64,000 bases of DNA from Lepidodermella squamata (GCA_047495785.1 JBLDXI010000029.1:3596001-3660000); one strand, 5' to 3'; positions 49,483 to 63,234 are shown, counted from the stretch's first letter. The notes: generated by a model not told the origin, from the sequence alone. Numbers and translations: made by a program.

Positions 49483-51304
49483 CTAAATGCAACCACTTAT
49501 TGGGCAGGCTTTGAAAAATATACGTAGATCAAGAAGCAATTTCTGAAAAAGTTTGCATACCATTAACACCTGTAAGTATAAGAGAAACATGTTTCGTATA
49601 TTTGTTCATTTCAGATCCACTCACGGGTTAAACAATCCGATCCCGTCCAGCCAGCATTGCACACGCAGTTTTGAGGACTCGTGCACTGACCGCGAAGGTA
49701 GCAACCTTTGTTGCATGCAGCTAAGAGATCAATGATATATAAAAAAATAAATAATGATCCAAACTCTTGAACGATTTCTGAGATTTCAGAAAGACACGAT
49801 TCACATTTTTAAGATGGCTCATCTATTGATTTATCTTAGATGACAGATGACTTACGAGCGATGCAATCTGGCGGCTGCCAGTCTGATGTGCAGCTACATC
49901 GGTTCGGGCGAATGCAGGTGCCGCCATTAGGGCAGCCAGATGGACAGATGGCTAAATGGGTCAATACAGTCATGTTGAGCTCTATTAGAGACGATGTACT
50001 TACGTGTATTGCAAAGCACACCAGCCCAACCCGGCGAACATGTGCATGTATTTGGAGCTAAGCAACTTCCGCCGATGCCACAGCCAGGATTGCAAGTTGC
50101 TAAGGATGCAAATTTTAGAACAATGAGTGTGAATTCACTTTTAGGTTGGCCTACGAATTTCGCAATCCCATCCAGCCCATCCGGCCTGGCACGTGCATCT
50201 GTAGCCACCGATGTTCGCCAGATCGCCAACGCATGAGCCAGGTTGGCACTTCGAGGGACACGTGATCTCTGTTAGGAAGAACCCATTTACATTTTGATTT
50301 GTCAGTTTTCGTCAAATTATTTGAGACACTGCGGCTGAACATGCTTCCATTAACTTCAAAGCAAAGTCGCTAATAGTTAATTTTTGTACTAGTTTTATGA
50401 ATTATGAGAATCAGATTGAATTAAAAATCGCAATATCCGTCGAATGCATTTCCATTCCAATCCCGCGCAAGCTATTCTCTTTTTCCTTACGATTTATAAG
50501 CTGGCATTGTTGCCTCAAAATTGTCATTTGAGCCATGGATAAAGCGGCTTTGTGTATTGAAACACAAGCGTACTTCCTGTTGAACGAATTATTGTCAGCT
50601 AGCCTGAACAATTTTATCAATATTAGCCATCATTTCTCGATCAGTGCAACTGATATAACTTACCTTCTTCCTAATGTCAAAAGTGAGCTCGTGTTCACTT
50701 TAGATGCACTTATACTTGGGCTGACAGCTGTATCGCAGACGGCGTAAAGTGATGAAGTTGAAGCTTTGTAAATGATCGCAACGAATTGCCACGTCGTGAA
50801 ACTACAAGCAACTTGCTGATTGCCCATGTTAGCATTCCCGAGGAATAGCACATTTGGCATGGGATCATTTCCGTCAGCGGGATTCAAACGCCATAAATGA
50901 TCCATTACAAACCCATTCGCGGTCCATTCCAAAATAGAACCTGTATTCGGAACGAAAACAAAACCAGCTATTGTGAACGAAGTTGCGCCCACGTCGACTC
51001 TGGCATCGTTAACTTCGATCCAACTTGTGCTGTCATTTTTGTTCGTCTCCCAGGACGTATTAGACGCCCCGAACGGTCCATCAGCCAGGACACCTGCATT
51101 CGAGTTGAAAACAGCGTCCAGCGAATTGCCTGATACGTCACGCAGGCCGAACAGCTGGTTGAATGGCCAAAAGGCAACCATATTTGGAAAATTTTCAATT
51201 TGATTATACTTGAATTGCGCAATGTACGTCTGACCATTTACTATCGAGTGGAGTAGGCAAATGGCTGAAATTAAATGTGATTTCATACGGAGAAATTTGC
51301 ACAT
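49483..51304 (-). CDS. Secreted LamG-like + 4 EGF protein, copy D
   Basis: Same exon series; 9-nt microexon 49561-49569; last exon CPISGCI*. Confidence 0.8.
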
Positions 51305-52487
51305 TTTTAGCCGAAATGAAAATGTTATGCAAAATCAGTTTTTATGCAAAATAAACGGATTTCCCACAATAGCATTAGAAAATTATGTCATGGTGTCATG
51401 AATATTGCATGAATCTGCGCACGGTGTGTTTTCGGGTTCCGGGCAACGAAAATATTATTCAGTTCCTTGATCTACTGCCGCTGGGATTTAAATAGCAGGT
51501 CCTGCTCACGCCCAATACTATTCAACGGTACAGCAGAACTGTGATACCTGTAGTTCGTATCGAACCTTTATGTAAGTCGAACATTTCACACCGATACCAG
51601 GATTTACGCGCTGTTGCCCTCATGGTTGCTTGTTTGATGAATTTTCCACCGAATTCGCATTTGAATTTGAATTTGCTGCGGTCTATTCTGCTGGCCAGCC
51701 GAAGAAGGGCCCCCTGTGTTTTTTCAAAAATCCTGTGATTGGCATCTCGAAGCTAAAACAAACATTTGTTGCACCCTGTACTTCACACCCTGAGCGAGGT
51801 GGTGAACTGCGCTGCGACCAGCGCCACGTTTGATCACGGCGGTCTCGCGCCTAAACTCAACATGTAAACCTTGAACATGGATATCCAACAATTCTGAGAT
51901 TTCTAGGTTCAGAGGTTCTACCGGCCACTTGCTGGAATGAAATAAAATGTGACAACAAATTGATGGGTTGAAGTGATACACACCTGCTTATTTAATTACT
52001 GACAGTTAACTCAAAAGAAGTAACTCGAAACGTGTTTGAATTTTGGGCAGATTATACAGGGTACAGGGTGTTCAAGAAATAATGGCTGGGCTATTTTAGG
52101 AGTTGACTTTGTCCAGACGTTGCAATACTTACAACGCAATTTTCCACCTGGGGTGTGTTTTTTTAGTTTAGTTTTGTGGGAGTTCAATAAGTTTCTTTTA
52201 TTCGAACGAAATGAGACTGTCTAATAGCGTCATGTGTTTAACGCGCTGAAAAGACTGAGAAGACCGTGGCTTCTCTGCTGCCTGAACCACATGTAGTTGA
52301 TACCTGATCTTTTGAAGAAGCAATTTGAAAGCTAATTTTATTTTATTTTATTTTATTTAAGGAATTAATTCTTAATGTTTGAAGTTTGGCATTCGAAACA
52401 GGTTTAAATGGCAAATCACTCGGTATGGGTAAATACCAAATTTAATTTAATTTTTGAATTGGAAATTAAAAACAATATGGCAAAATT

Positions 52488-52798
52488 GGTTCTATGCCAA
52501 TTTAGCAAACGAAAATTGAGCAACGAAAATAGAGCAAGGGCTTTTGAGCAACGATATTAGAGCAAACGAAATTAGAGCAAAACGACTTCTGAGCAAACGA
52601 ACGAACGAACAAAGAGCAAATGACTTTTGAGCAAAACGAGATTAGAGCAAAACGTTACGAGAGCAAATTTAATGATTAATTGCAGCTGTTATTTATTGTA
52701 AATAAAATTTGCTCTCGTTTTGCTCTAATTTCGTTTGCTCTAATATCGTTGCTCAAAAGCCCTTGCTCTATTTTCGTTTGCTCAATTGGCATAGAACC
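52488..52798. mobile_element. Foldback MITE with GAGCAAA subterminal repeats
   Basis: Termini GGTTCTATGCCAATT / AATTGGCATAGAACC, ~85-95 bp inverted arms of GAGCAA(A)CGA units; possible degenerate 9-bp TSD. Confidence 0.75.
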
Positions 52799-53807
52799 GC
52801 CAAATTTCCCTTGTTGGATTTTCAAAAATCTTAAGTTCTCAAGGGAAAATAATTTGGCAACTGAATGAAAAAATAAAACATGGCTGGTAAAATTAACCTA
52901 TAGATCACTCAACAAGAAGAAATCCCACTTACATGGCAAAAATTAAAAAAGGTTTGGCTAGGGTTCAGGATTAAGGTTAGGGTTAGTAATTTTCGAGTTT
53001 TGGGTTTCTACGAAGCTCGAATTTTGAGCCGCTGCGCTTCCCCAATAACCATTTTCATGCAGAAAAAAATGACTACGCTTTCGGAACCCAGTTTTCTTTT
53101 TCATAAACCGAAAACTAGTCTTCTGGCATTTCCCTAATGTTTTCAGCTTGAATTAAAAAAAAAATATGTATGAAAGTTCGCACCCGAAAAAATATCAAAT
53201 ACGGCGTGAAGCCTAATATAGCTGATGAATCATAAACCGGTGAATTATTTCATAAAGCCATTAAAAACACAGAGAAGCTGGATTTTAATCAACATGTTTA
53301 TATGACTACAATCGATATTAATCAAGCATTCCAAATATGCTAAAATTATTTCTCAAAACATCATAGATTTCGTGAAAATGAGAAGAAAGTACTAGCGCGC
53401 CTGAAATTACTGCACGTAATGGCGAGATGCTGCTTTTTTATTTGAAATATTTAATCGGCCATTTTTTGCTGTCACCGCGAAATCACGCGATCAAAAAGCA
53501 GTTTTTTGCAATCCGAATAATTTTGCATGGAGAAGATAGGGAGGGTCGGGTCCATCTACTATTAGTCCCAAGCCGAAAGCCTTTCGGAGACTGTCATCTA
53601 GAACATATGGCGGTAGGAACTGTCATGTTTGAATGGCGGTGTGAATCCCAAAAGCTTCATAGAAACAACTTTGAAAGGAAAATAGTTTATTGGGATTGAA
53701 AATGCCGTCACCAAACAGCCCCGTGATTCATTTTATTATAGTAAACCTTTTTTTAAATGTACAAATCAGAGATAAGGTTGATAGTCAAGGTTTAGAACTT
53801 GGGACTT

Positions 53808-54900
53808 TCATTTCAATTTTTCGGCGATCATTTTTTCGGTCTTGTCCCACAAACGAGAAGCCATAACGTCATCATGAGCGAACGGGTAAGTCTCCTCTTT
53901 AGCCGAATCCCTAAACAACAAAAAATCCTGAATTAACCTGGTTGAAGTGGTTGAAGTGGTTGAAATAGATAACTCACGAAAAATATTTGCCGGAATAAAT
54001 TTCGATGCCAGGCGTTGTCGCACAGTAGACTGACGTAGCCGCACCTTGGTTGGGATTACGAAACAACGTTTTGCGAATCAAATTCAAACCAGGTAAACTC
54101 CAGGGCGTGTTGTTGAGAATTTTCGTGTCAACAGCACCAGGGTTAACACTGTAAAACGCGACTCCAGAGGGCGTTGGATAGTTGAGGCGGCGATTGAGTT
54201 CGTGCACGAACAGAATGTTGGCGAGTTTCGATTGACTGTAAGACGCTAAGCCAAAGTACCACGATTTTTCGTAGTTGGGATCTTCGATGTTGAAACCCCA
54301 AGGCAAGCATAATTTGTAGAGCAGCGATGCGACAACGACAACACGAGCTGGGGCAGATCTATTGAAATGAAAAATTAGGAAAAAATTGAGAAAAAAACGA
54401 ATTTAAAATAAAGTAAGATAAATACAAAATGAAACGTTTTCGCAAGTTTTGTTTGTTCTAAAATGTTACTTTTTCAATAGGTCGAGAAGCAGCTTGGTGA
54501 GCAAGAAATGGCCCAGATAGTTGGTGCCGAATCCAAGTTCGAAGCCATCACGAGTTGTCTTTCTTGTGATATTCGGTGGATAAACGCCCGCATTGTTGAC
54601 CAGAAGATTTAACTGCTTCTCCTCGGCGATGATCTGCTCAGCAAATTTCCGAACCGATTCGAGCGATGCCAGATCGATATGGCGAACGGCAAGCCTTCGT
54701 TCGGCGTCTTCTTCGTTGTGAACATTGGCTTTCTCGCGAATGTATTTGACAGCATCACGACCGGAGTCCAAATTGCGGCAAGCGATGGTGACTCGACCAG
54801 CTCCCCGTTTGATCAGCTCGAGGGCGGTCTCACGGCCGATTCCGGAATTGCCGCCAGTTACAATGCAAACCTTGCCTTTGATATCCCAAAATTCTGCCAT
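53808..54900 (-). CDS. RDH12-like SDR, subtype A, inverted copy; exons 54900-54470, 54358-53978, 53910-53808
   Basis: TGGNSGIG, NNAG, YSQSK, VNPG; same intron positions as the array genes. Confidence 0.9.
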
Positions 54901-55312
54901 ATTGAACTTCAGGCGTTCTAAGAACGACCAGTTTTTGTTTTTAGATAAGGCTTGCTGCTGGGGATAATGTTAGGTTGGTCTTTTAATGCCATTTCACTGC
55001 ATAATAACCACGTGATCATCTAATTATTGGCGTGATTAATCCTTCTTTATCACAGCCTAATGTCGAATCTGTTAGGATCGAACTTGGTTCGGATTAGGAA
55101 TTCAAATTTATTACTTCAAAATAAGATGTTGTTACAGTAGACAGTAGTATGTTAGCAAAAGATATTTCCAGAGTGTAGAAAAAGTCATTTTCGTTTCGAT
55201 TGAGGACTGATTTTTGCGGTTTGAGAAAGTCGGAATTGGTCAAACTTTATAATTTTTAACGTTGCTGAGATCTCTATAGGCTCGGTGGCACATTTCGCTT
55301 ATCCATATTCTG

Positions 55313-57344
55313 CTAAATGCAGCCACTCACCGGGCAGGCTTTGAAAATAATGTAGATAAAAATGCAATTTCTGAAAGAGTTTTCATACCGTTAGTACCTG
55401 AATATAGCAAAACAACATAAGCATTTCTCGTTTTTAGTTCATTTCAGATCAACTCACGGGTTGAACAATCCGATCCCGTCCAACCAGCATTGCACACGCA
55501 GTTTTGAGGACCCTTGCACTGACCGCGAAGGTAGCAACCTTTACTGCATGCAGCTAAAAGATGAAACAAATAAATAATGATTCAAACTCTTGAGCCTTTT
55601 CTGACACTTCAGAAAGACATGATTCACATTTTTAAGATGGCTCATCTATTGATTTATCTTAGATGGCAGATGACTTACGAGCGATGCAATCTGGCGGCTG
55701 CCAGTCTGAAGTGCAGCTACATCGGTTCGGCCGGATGCAGGTGCCGCCATTAGGGCAGCCAGATGGACAGATGGCTGAATGGGTCAATACAGTTATTGTA
55801 ATGAGTTCCATTTGTCGATTTCAGACGACTATACTTACGCGTATCGCAGAGCGTACCGGCCCAACCTGGTGAGCATGTGCAATTATTCGCAGTCAAGCAA
55901 CTTCCGCCGATGCCACAACCAGGATTGCACGTTGCTTCGGAAACATAAGAATATAAACAATAACAGAGAAAGCGTTTGTTCAGCTTACGGATGCTGCAAT
56001 CCCAACCTGCCCAGCCGGCTTGGCATGTGCATCTGAAGCCACCCATGCTCGTAAGATCACCGACGCATGAGCCATTTTGGCACTTCGAGGGGCACGTGAT
56101 CTCTGTCACGATGAAAAGCTTTAGACGATAGTTATAAGGTATAAGCTTGCTCATCTAATGATTGATACTTAGAAGACCTGGCTTTGATAGGTCTCCGATA
56201 TAGGGGCCGAGGAAGCTGGATCATGGATAATATTTACTATCTTCCATATACTATTTGTTCTGAGTGTTTCCTTACCGTTGATAGTTGATAGAGCCTATTA
56301 GAACAATTTTTCAGCCTTTGAATTCCTAGCATCAGGGAGAAAGGGGAGGTGGAAAGGGTACCTAGGTTGGGTATTTCAGCCCCGAATTTTCAGCAGAAAC
56401 CCCGAGCAGAAACAACCTGTTGCCCTTACAGATGAAACAAATATGTTTCTCTCCCTATGGCATGAAGCAGATAAAATGATCGCGCTAAAGCGAACAAGCC
56501 TTCTCTCCATTAGAAAGACAAGACGTAGTTACTAACGGTTAATAAGCTGGCATTGTTCTCTCAAAATTGCCATCTGGGCCAGGGATAAAGCAGCTTTGTG
56601 TATTGAGATGCAGGCGTATTTTCGGTTGTACGATGCCTGTTCGACAACCCTGAAAGACAATGTCATTTATCATTTTCTCAATGCATCTGCTAGATATGGT
56701 AACCTCCGTCCAAAGGTCAAAATTGAGCTAGTCACGGCTGGAGTGTTGGTAAAACTTGGGCTGACAGCTGTATCGCAAACACCGTAAACTGATGAGTTTG
56801 CAGCGTTGTAAATCATCGCAACGAATTGCCAAGTCGTGTAATTACACGAGACTTCCGTCATGTTCGCGTTTGGATTACCCACGTGTAGTATATTGGGCGT
56901 CTGATCACCGGGATTTTGTTTACTATAACGCCATACATTACCTCTGTATGTTCCAGGTAAGCTCCATTCCCAGAGAGAACCAATACGCGGGGCAAAGACA
57001 TATCCGGCGATTGTGAACGAAGATGAGCCCATGTCGATTCTAGTATCGCTAACCTCGATCCAACTCGAATTGTCAGCTTTGTTTGTCTCCCAAGCTGTAT
57101 TTGGTGCCCCGAAAGGTCCATCAGCTAAAACAGCTCTGTTCGTTTTGAAAACAGCATCCAGCGAATTGCCAGATACATCACGCGTGCCGAACAGCTCATT
57201 CAACGGCCAAAACGCAACAACATTCGGAAAATTGATGGCTTGATTCGCGTTGAATTGTGCAACGTACGCCTGGCCGTTCACCAGGCAGTGAAACAAGCTA
57301 GCGGCAAGGATGAAATGTTTGTAAAGAAAATTGCTCATGCTCAA
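55313..57344 (-). CDS. Secreted LamG-like + 4 EGF protein, copy E
   Basis: Same exon series; microexon 55389-55397; last exon CPVSGCI*. Confidence 0.8.
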
Positions 57345-58779
57345 CCTTCAACCTACAAAGAAAATTGCATTGATGTTCGAGAATTTTGCGCTTTGCGAGT
57401 GAAACATGCCATAAAAAATTAATGAAACTGCGCTCGGTTCGCCTCCAGGATTCAGCAGCACGAAGCTATGAGTGATAATTCTGAGCGCGCTTACACCTGA
57501 AATGTTGGTATAAAAGGCGAGCCTTGCATTTTGGGCTTCTGCCTTTCACGCCGTTCTGCTTACTGCTACGATCTGTCGTGTGTCATATTAGATGAGTTTC
57601 ACTCTGATTTTATTGATAGCAGCGTGTTAAGAATGCATGGAAATAGCAATAGCCGTTGTTATAAGTTGGCAGTGTGATTTTTGTCATCGATTCTGCATGT
57701 TTCTTGTGGCATTGAAGAGACAAAGGCAGTTTTGCAATACCGCTCAATACTACGATACAGGAATACTGCGGTTTAAGGTTCAAGACGACTAAGAAAAATG
57801 CAAAACAGCTAATAGAAGACGGGTGTAAAAAGCTTGCGAAAAAGAACATTGTGGATAGTGGAAACATTGGTAAGTTAAACTTATGCGCGCATTCTGATTG
57901 GTCTATTTATCGTTGCTAATGACTCCGGAATGAGACAATTTTGTCGTGCGATCCACTTATAAATTATTCCATGTTTATGTAAAAAATGACCTTGCCACGC
58001 CCTCTGCACTAATTTCGCGAAATTCAAAAAGAATTCTGATTAGCTCAAACTGAAAATCAAATAAGATCCTAGTATTTCTCGGAATTTTTCGGCGTAAAAT
58101 GAATTATTGTACCGTCCTGAGAGACTCTTAAAATGGCAATTTTTCGTAAAAGTGACCAACTTTAAGAAAATGTTAAAAAAGTTAGAAAAAAACCGTCTCA
58201 TGAGACGGGACTCATTCGTTAGAGGAGCGCTTCTAGTATTCCGGAAAATGTCTCTGAAATTCGTGGGAAATGGAACATTTTCTCAGGGAATTTTATAAAA
58301 TAATTAAAAATCGGAAAAATTACAATGGGCGGATAGGGCGATGAGTGAATAAAAAGGAAGATCGCGTGCCCACTTTTTCACGTTTTGGTGTGAATTTATT
58401 TACTATAGGAGGATCGCCAGTTTCCGATCTGTATAGAGTTGTCTATGATAGGCATATTTGCGTCGAAACGGCCATCAAAAAATAAAAGTCAAAAAATTGA
58501 AAAGAGGAACAGGTTGATGAAAAAATCGCAGAGAAAAAGATGGGCTTGTCAATTCGTGAAACAGCTTGATTATTTTGTTTAGTTTCATTAGATATATCGG
58601 TGTCGGTGATTTGATTTGATTGATTCAATCCCATAAAAATGGGACAATGATTGATTCTGATTAATTGAAGGAGATCTATAATTTAAGCTATAACTCAAAT
58701 CAAATCAAATCCGAGGCTCCTGCAAACCGTAAGGGTAAAATAGGGTCAATTTTGGTAATAATAATAACTTAATAATGCC

Positions 58780-58935
58780 CAGTGCTCCGAGTACGAGGGG
58801 GAAGGGGGGTAAACATCCCCCCCTGGCGTTCGAAAATTTCTGAAAAACGTAAGGGTCCCCCCTGTTGATTTGCTAATTTTGGGCTCAAAATGGCTCTATT
58901 TACCCCCCTCAGAGCTGGACCTAGTCGGATCACTG
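58780..58935. mobile_element. hAT-type MITE (156 bp)
   Basis: TIR CAGTG(C/A)TCCGA; 8-bp TSD ATAATGCC at 58772-58779 and 58936-58943. Confidence 0.85.
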
Positions 58936-59039
58936 ATAATGCCCTTAGATCGAATTACATAAAATAAAAGTAACTAAGAACAATGATGGCAACAATGCAA
59001 CATAGTTGTTAATTGATATGGCAAACTGACATAAACAAC

Positions 59040-59525
59040 GCCGATTTCAGTCAGCCAATCAGCCGCAGTCGACAGAGCATTTGTAGTCACACTTATTATG
59101 CCCAAAAACCAGACAACCATTGATAATACTCCGTAAAAGGCTAACGCAGCACTTGTTGCAGCAACAAACGGAATAGCGCATAAGAAATAACATGGATCAT
59201 CTTCGCTTCTACATTTTTGGACGAAATATGTTGCGTTGCAGGTAAACCAGGATAGATAACTAAGAAGAGAGTAATTTAGTGATTCTGTAAAAGTTTCCGA
59301 AGGCTTGGAATCATCATCGTTAATGTTGCTGTTGTTGCTGTTGTTGCTGTTGTTGCTGTTGTTCAGCCGACGCGATCATAATACTGATAAAATGCTTATG
59401 GACATGACGATCATAGAAAAAAAGCCAAGATATATAAGCCAAATCCAATAACTTTGCAGTCGAAATTCGTATTCGAATTCTGCTTTGGGATTATTAATCA
59501 GCGATGTCTATTGATTGGAAGGCAT
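59040..59525 (-). pseudogene. Possible type II membrane protein relic with (NNS)n repeat
   Basis: One frame reads short tail, hydrophobic WIWLIYLGFFSMIVMSISILSVL, then an NNS repeat, with several in-frame stops. Confidence 0.3.
59324..59363. repeat. (TGTTGTTGC)n minisatellite
   Basis: About four tandem 9-nt units. Confidence 0.85.
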
Positions 59526-60882
59526 GAGCTTTACTGCTCTGGAAATTTAGGATCATCCTAATATTCACTAATATTTCATCAATCAATACCTGAAATCAGG
59601 ATCAATCGGTTGACGAATCGATAAATGCCCTGACCTATCCTTTGCTCCGATTGCCGAGTTCTTGAGCTCAAACTGCTCATAACAAAATTTTTAGTAATAA
59701 TTTACGGGCCCCATTGATATAGGCTGAAGAGATTTCATTGGGGGATGAAAAACACGGTTTTTGTGGGGTGTACGAAACATTATGCCCACCTAGTGTAATA
59801 GCGAGCAAAGCGAGATACCTCTAAGTTCAAGTCTGCAAATGCTTACAGCGGCTGCTCGGTTTTATTCCTCATTTTTTCCTAATTAAAGCGTGACCTAGGG
59901 TGATCGTAACTTACAAGGAGCTGGCTGAAAGGGGCATCATGAGGGGTATCGTACGCCCCAGTTGGGTAGGCCAAAGTGGAAAAAACCCAAAAATCCACAG
60001 GGGGTACCCTTTTGTCATAAAATTTGGTCCCGGAAATACCCCCCCTAGTTGGAGGATCCTCCTTCCGCGCACTGGATGAAAGGTATCTTGAAATGGGAAA
60101 AATAGTTCAGTTTGATTATTTCAGTTGTTCATGTTTTCATTCATTGTGACGCCGAAATTGCGTCTCAAGAAAAATCTGAATAACTTCCGGTGAATTTCCG
60201 GTGAATCCTTTTGCAACTTGCCCTTTGCAACCTCATCTTTCCTTCTTCTATCTTGTATATGATTGAGTTTTGTAATAAAAAATAAAACTTTGTAAAATAA
60301 AAATTAATCAACTCTAACCTCTAACTCAACCCATGATCATATGTACCTAGTATTGTCCACTGTTTATAAATTCAATTTTTGTAAAAATAATGTTGTAAAT
60401 GTTGTGTGGAAAACCGCCTTAGTGCGAATTCATGCACATACTGAACGGTTATCACGATCAAGCTGAGACCCAATATCATTTTTATAAGGTATTCCTTGTC
60501 ATTTTTAATGGCGGAAATAAGCTTTAAATAAATGTTCGTATACAGTATTTCATTTCTTGCACTAACATTCTCTCAGTCTGAATCGACGCATCAAATAAGA
60601 AAGATCAAACGGATTATCATTGATAGATTCAACTAGTAAAAGTTATGGATCATTAACAATAAGAAGAAACGTGTTTTCACTGCAAAAAAGGAAAAATCGA
60701 AAGTTGAAACAATTTAGTCGTGCAATCCGCAATGATAAATCAATAAAATAATGACATTTTCATGCCTGTTGCATTGCTTTTAATTACTACGGCAGAGAAA
60801 CGTTGCACTTGTTCCATAATGCTTAAACAAGATGCCTTATTTCTTCACAGGAGAGAATTGGTGGCCGCTTATCCAACTTGTG

Positions 60883-62676
60883 CTAATTGCCTAATGGGCA
60901 GGCGTTGACAAAATGGCGGTCAGGGTACAATTTCTACAATTCTAAAATTGCATACCGTCAACACCTGTAAGTTTATAATGCTAACATATTTCGTTTCTGT
61001 TAATTTTAGATCAACTCACGGGTTGAACAATCCGATCCCGTCCAGCCAGCAATGCATGTGCAGTTTTGAGGACTTGTACAGCGGCCGCGAAGGTAGCAAC
61101 CCTTGCTGCATATAGCTATAACATGAATGAAAAGATGACAAACAACTAAATAATCAATTTAAACTACTGAACCATTCAATAAACGTTTCAAAGGTGGCTC
61201 GAAATTATCAATTTATCTGAGCTGGCAGAAGACTCACGAGAAATGCAATCTGGCGGCTGCCAGTCTGACGTGCAGCTACATCGGTTCGGGCGAATGCATG
61301 TGCCGCCATTAGCGCACACAGATGGACACGTAGCTAAAATGGTCAATGCAGTTATTGTAATGAGTTCCGTTTGTCGATTTGAGACGATGTCGACTTACGT
61401 GTATTGCAAAGCGTACCGGCCCAACCCGGCGAACATGTGCATGTATTCGGGGCCAAACAACGTCCGCCGATGCCACATCCCGGGTTGCATGTTGCTGCCA
61501 AAGAAAGTGTTAAAACAAGCGAGTATTGGCAGACTTTAAGGTGACTTACGCGTTTCACAATCCCAGCCAGCCCAGCCGGCCTGGCACGTGCATCTGTAGC
61601 CACCCATGCTCGTAAGATCACCGACGCATGAGCCATTTTGACACTTCGAGGGGCACGTGATCTCTGCAAGGGAGGAGTTTTTTTTAAATTCGATTTCGAG
61701 TTTGATTAAATGTGGGTCGAATTAATTAGGTAACTGTTGCTGAGCATGACTCTATCCAATTTAAAGCAAAGACGCTGATTGAAACTTGAGAATACATCAA
61801 AAATCGAAATATCCGTCAAATGATGTTTCCATTCAATCCCTAACAGCCTAATCAAGTTTTCTTACGATTGATAAGCTGGCATTGTTGCCTCAAAATTGCC
61901 ATTTCTTCAAGGGATAAAGCCGCTTTGTGTAATGAAACACAGGCGAACTTCCTGTTGTACGAATTATTGTCAGCTGGCCTGAATAATGATATAAATATTA
62001 TGAGCAATCGTTCTCAACAGTAAACTGACACTGACCTTCTTCCAAATGTCAAAAGGGAGCTCGTGTACGCTGTAGATGTGCTGAAAACTGGGCTGACAGC
62101 TGTATCGCAGACGGCGTAAAGCGATGAATTCGCAGCGTTGTAAATTATCGCAAGGAATAGCCACGTTGTGAAATTACAAGCAACGTACTGATAGCCCGTG
62201 TTAGCATTCCCGAAATACAACACATTGGGTGTAGGATCGCCTCCAGCAGCAGGATTTAAACGCCATAGATGTACTTGTGGATTCCCATTCGCGGTCCATT
62301 CAAAAATGGAACCCATATTCGGAACGAAAACAAAACCAGCTATTGTGAACGATGAAGTGCCCATGTTGGCTCTGGCATTGTTAACTTCGATCCAACTTGT
62401 AGTGTCAGCTTTGTTCGTCTCCCAAGAAGTATTGGACGCCCCGAATGGTCCTTGAGCCAGGACACCTGCATTCGAGTTGAAAACAGCGTCCAGAGAGTTG
62501 CCAGATGCGTCACTTAAGCCGAACAGCTCATTGAACGGCCAATACGCAACTACATTTGAAAAATTGAACGCTTGATTTGTTTTGAATTGCGCTATGTACG
62601 TCTGGCCATTTACCATGGAGTAGAGTAGGCAAATGGCTGAAATTGAAATTGATTTTATACAGAGAAATTTGCGCAT
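60883..62676 (-). CDS. Secreted LamG-like + 4 EGF protein, copy F (last-exon acceptor appears mutated)
   Basis: Intact exon 1, exon 2, four EGF exons, microexon 60956-60964. Confidence 0.75.
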
Positions 62677-63234
62677 TTTTTGCTCTATATGAAAAATTAC
62701 GGATTTCCAACACTGTAGGTGGAAAAAATCATTTCATGGTGTCATGAATATTACATGAATCCGCGCACATTGTTTTCTCGGGTTCCGGGCAACAAAAGCA
62801 TTATTCAGTTTCTTGATCTCTACTGCCGCTGTGATCAAAGTAGCATATCGCGCTCACGCCCAATTTTATTCGACGTAATAGCACAAACTGATAACTGACA
62901 TACCTGTCGGTCGTATCGAACGTCGTATTAGTCGTACATTACACATTGATTTCAGTATTTATGCTGTTGTTGCTCTTATGACTGCTTGTTTGCTGGAATA
63001 TAATGTAGTTATATGTCTCAGAACTAGGATAACCCAATTTTTGATCATTTAAGGGGAGGCTCTTAAACGTTCCATACAACTAGTTCTTTAAGGAATGATC
63101 TGAAGAGGTGAAAACTATATGTTGAAGCAAAGGAGGTAAATGTTTATTCAGTTTTTCCAATCGCGAGCATGAAACTGATTCATTTCGGCAATTCATCGAA
63201 ATTTGACCTAGGTCAAGACGATTGATATTGGTGA

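Noticed and set aside
52500-52790. CRISPR-like repeat array
   Set aside because: Short GAGCAAA units in inverted arms without unique spacers; eukaryotic MITE context.
52955-52987. Telomere-like GGTTAG repeats
   Set aside because: Only two or three degenerate units; not an interstitial telomeric array.
7602-62455. Many short antisense or alternate-frame ORFs over SDR and LamG exons
   Set aside because: They recur only because the underlying exons are duplicated; no independent coding signal.
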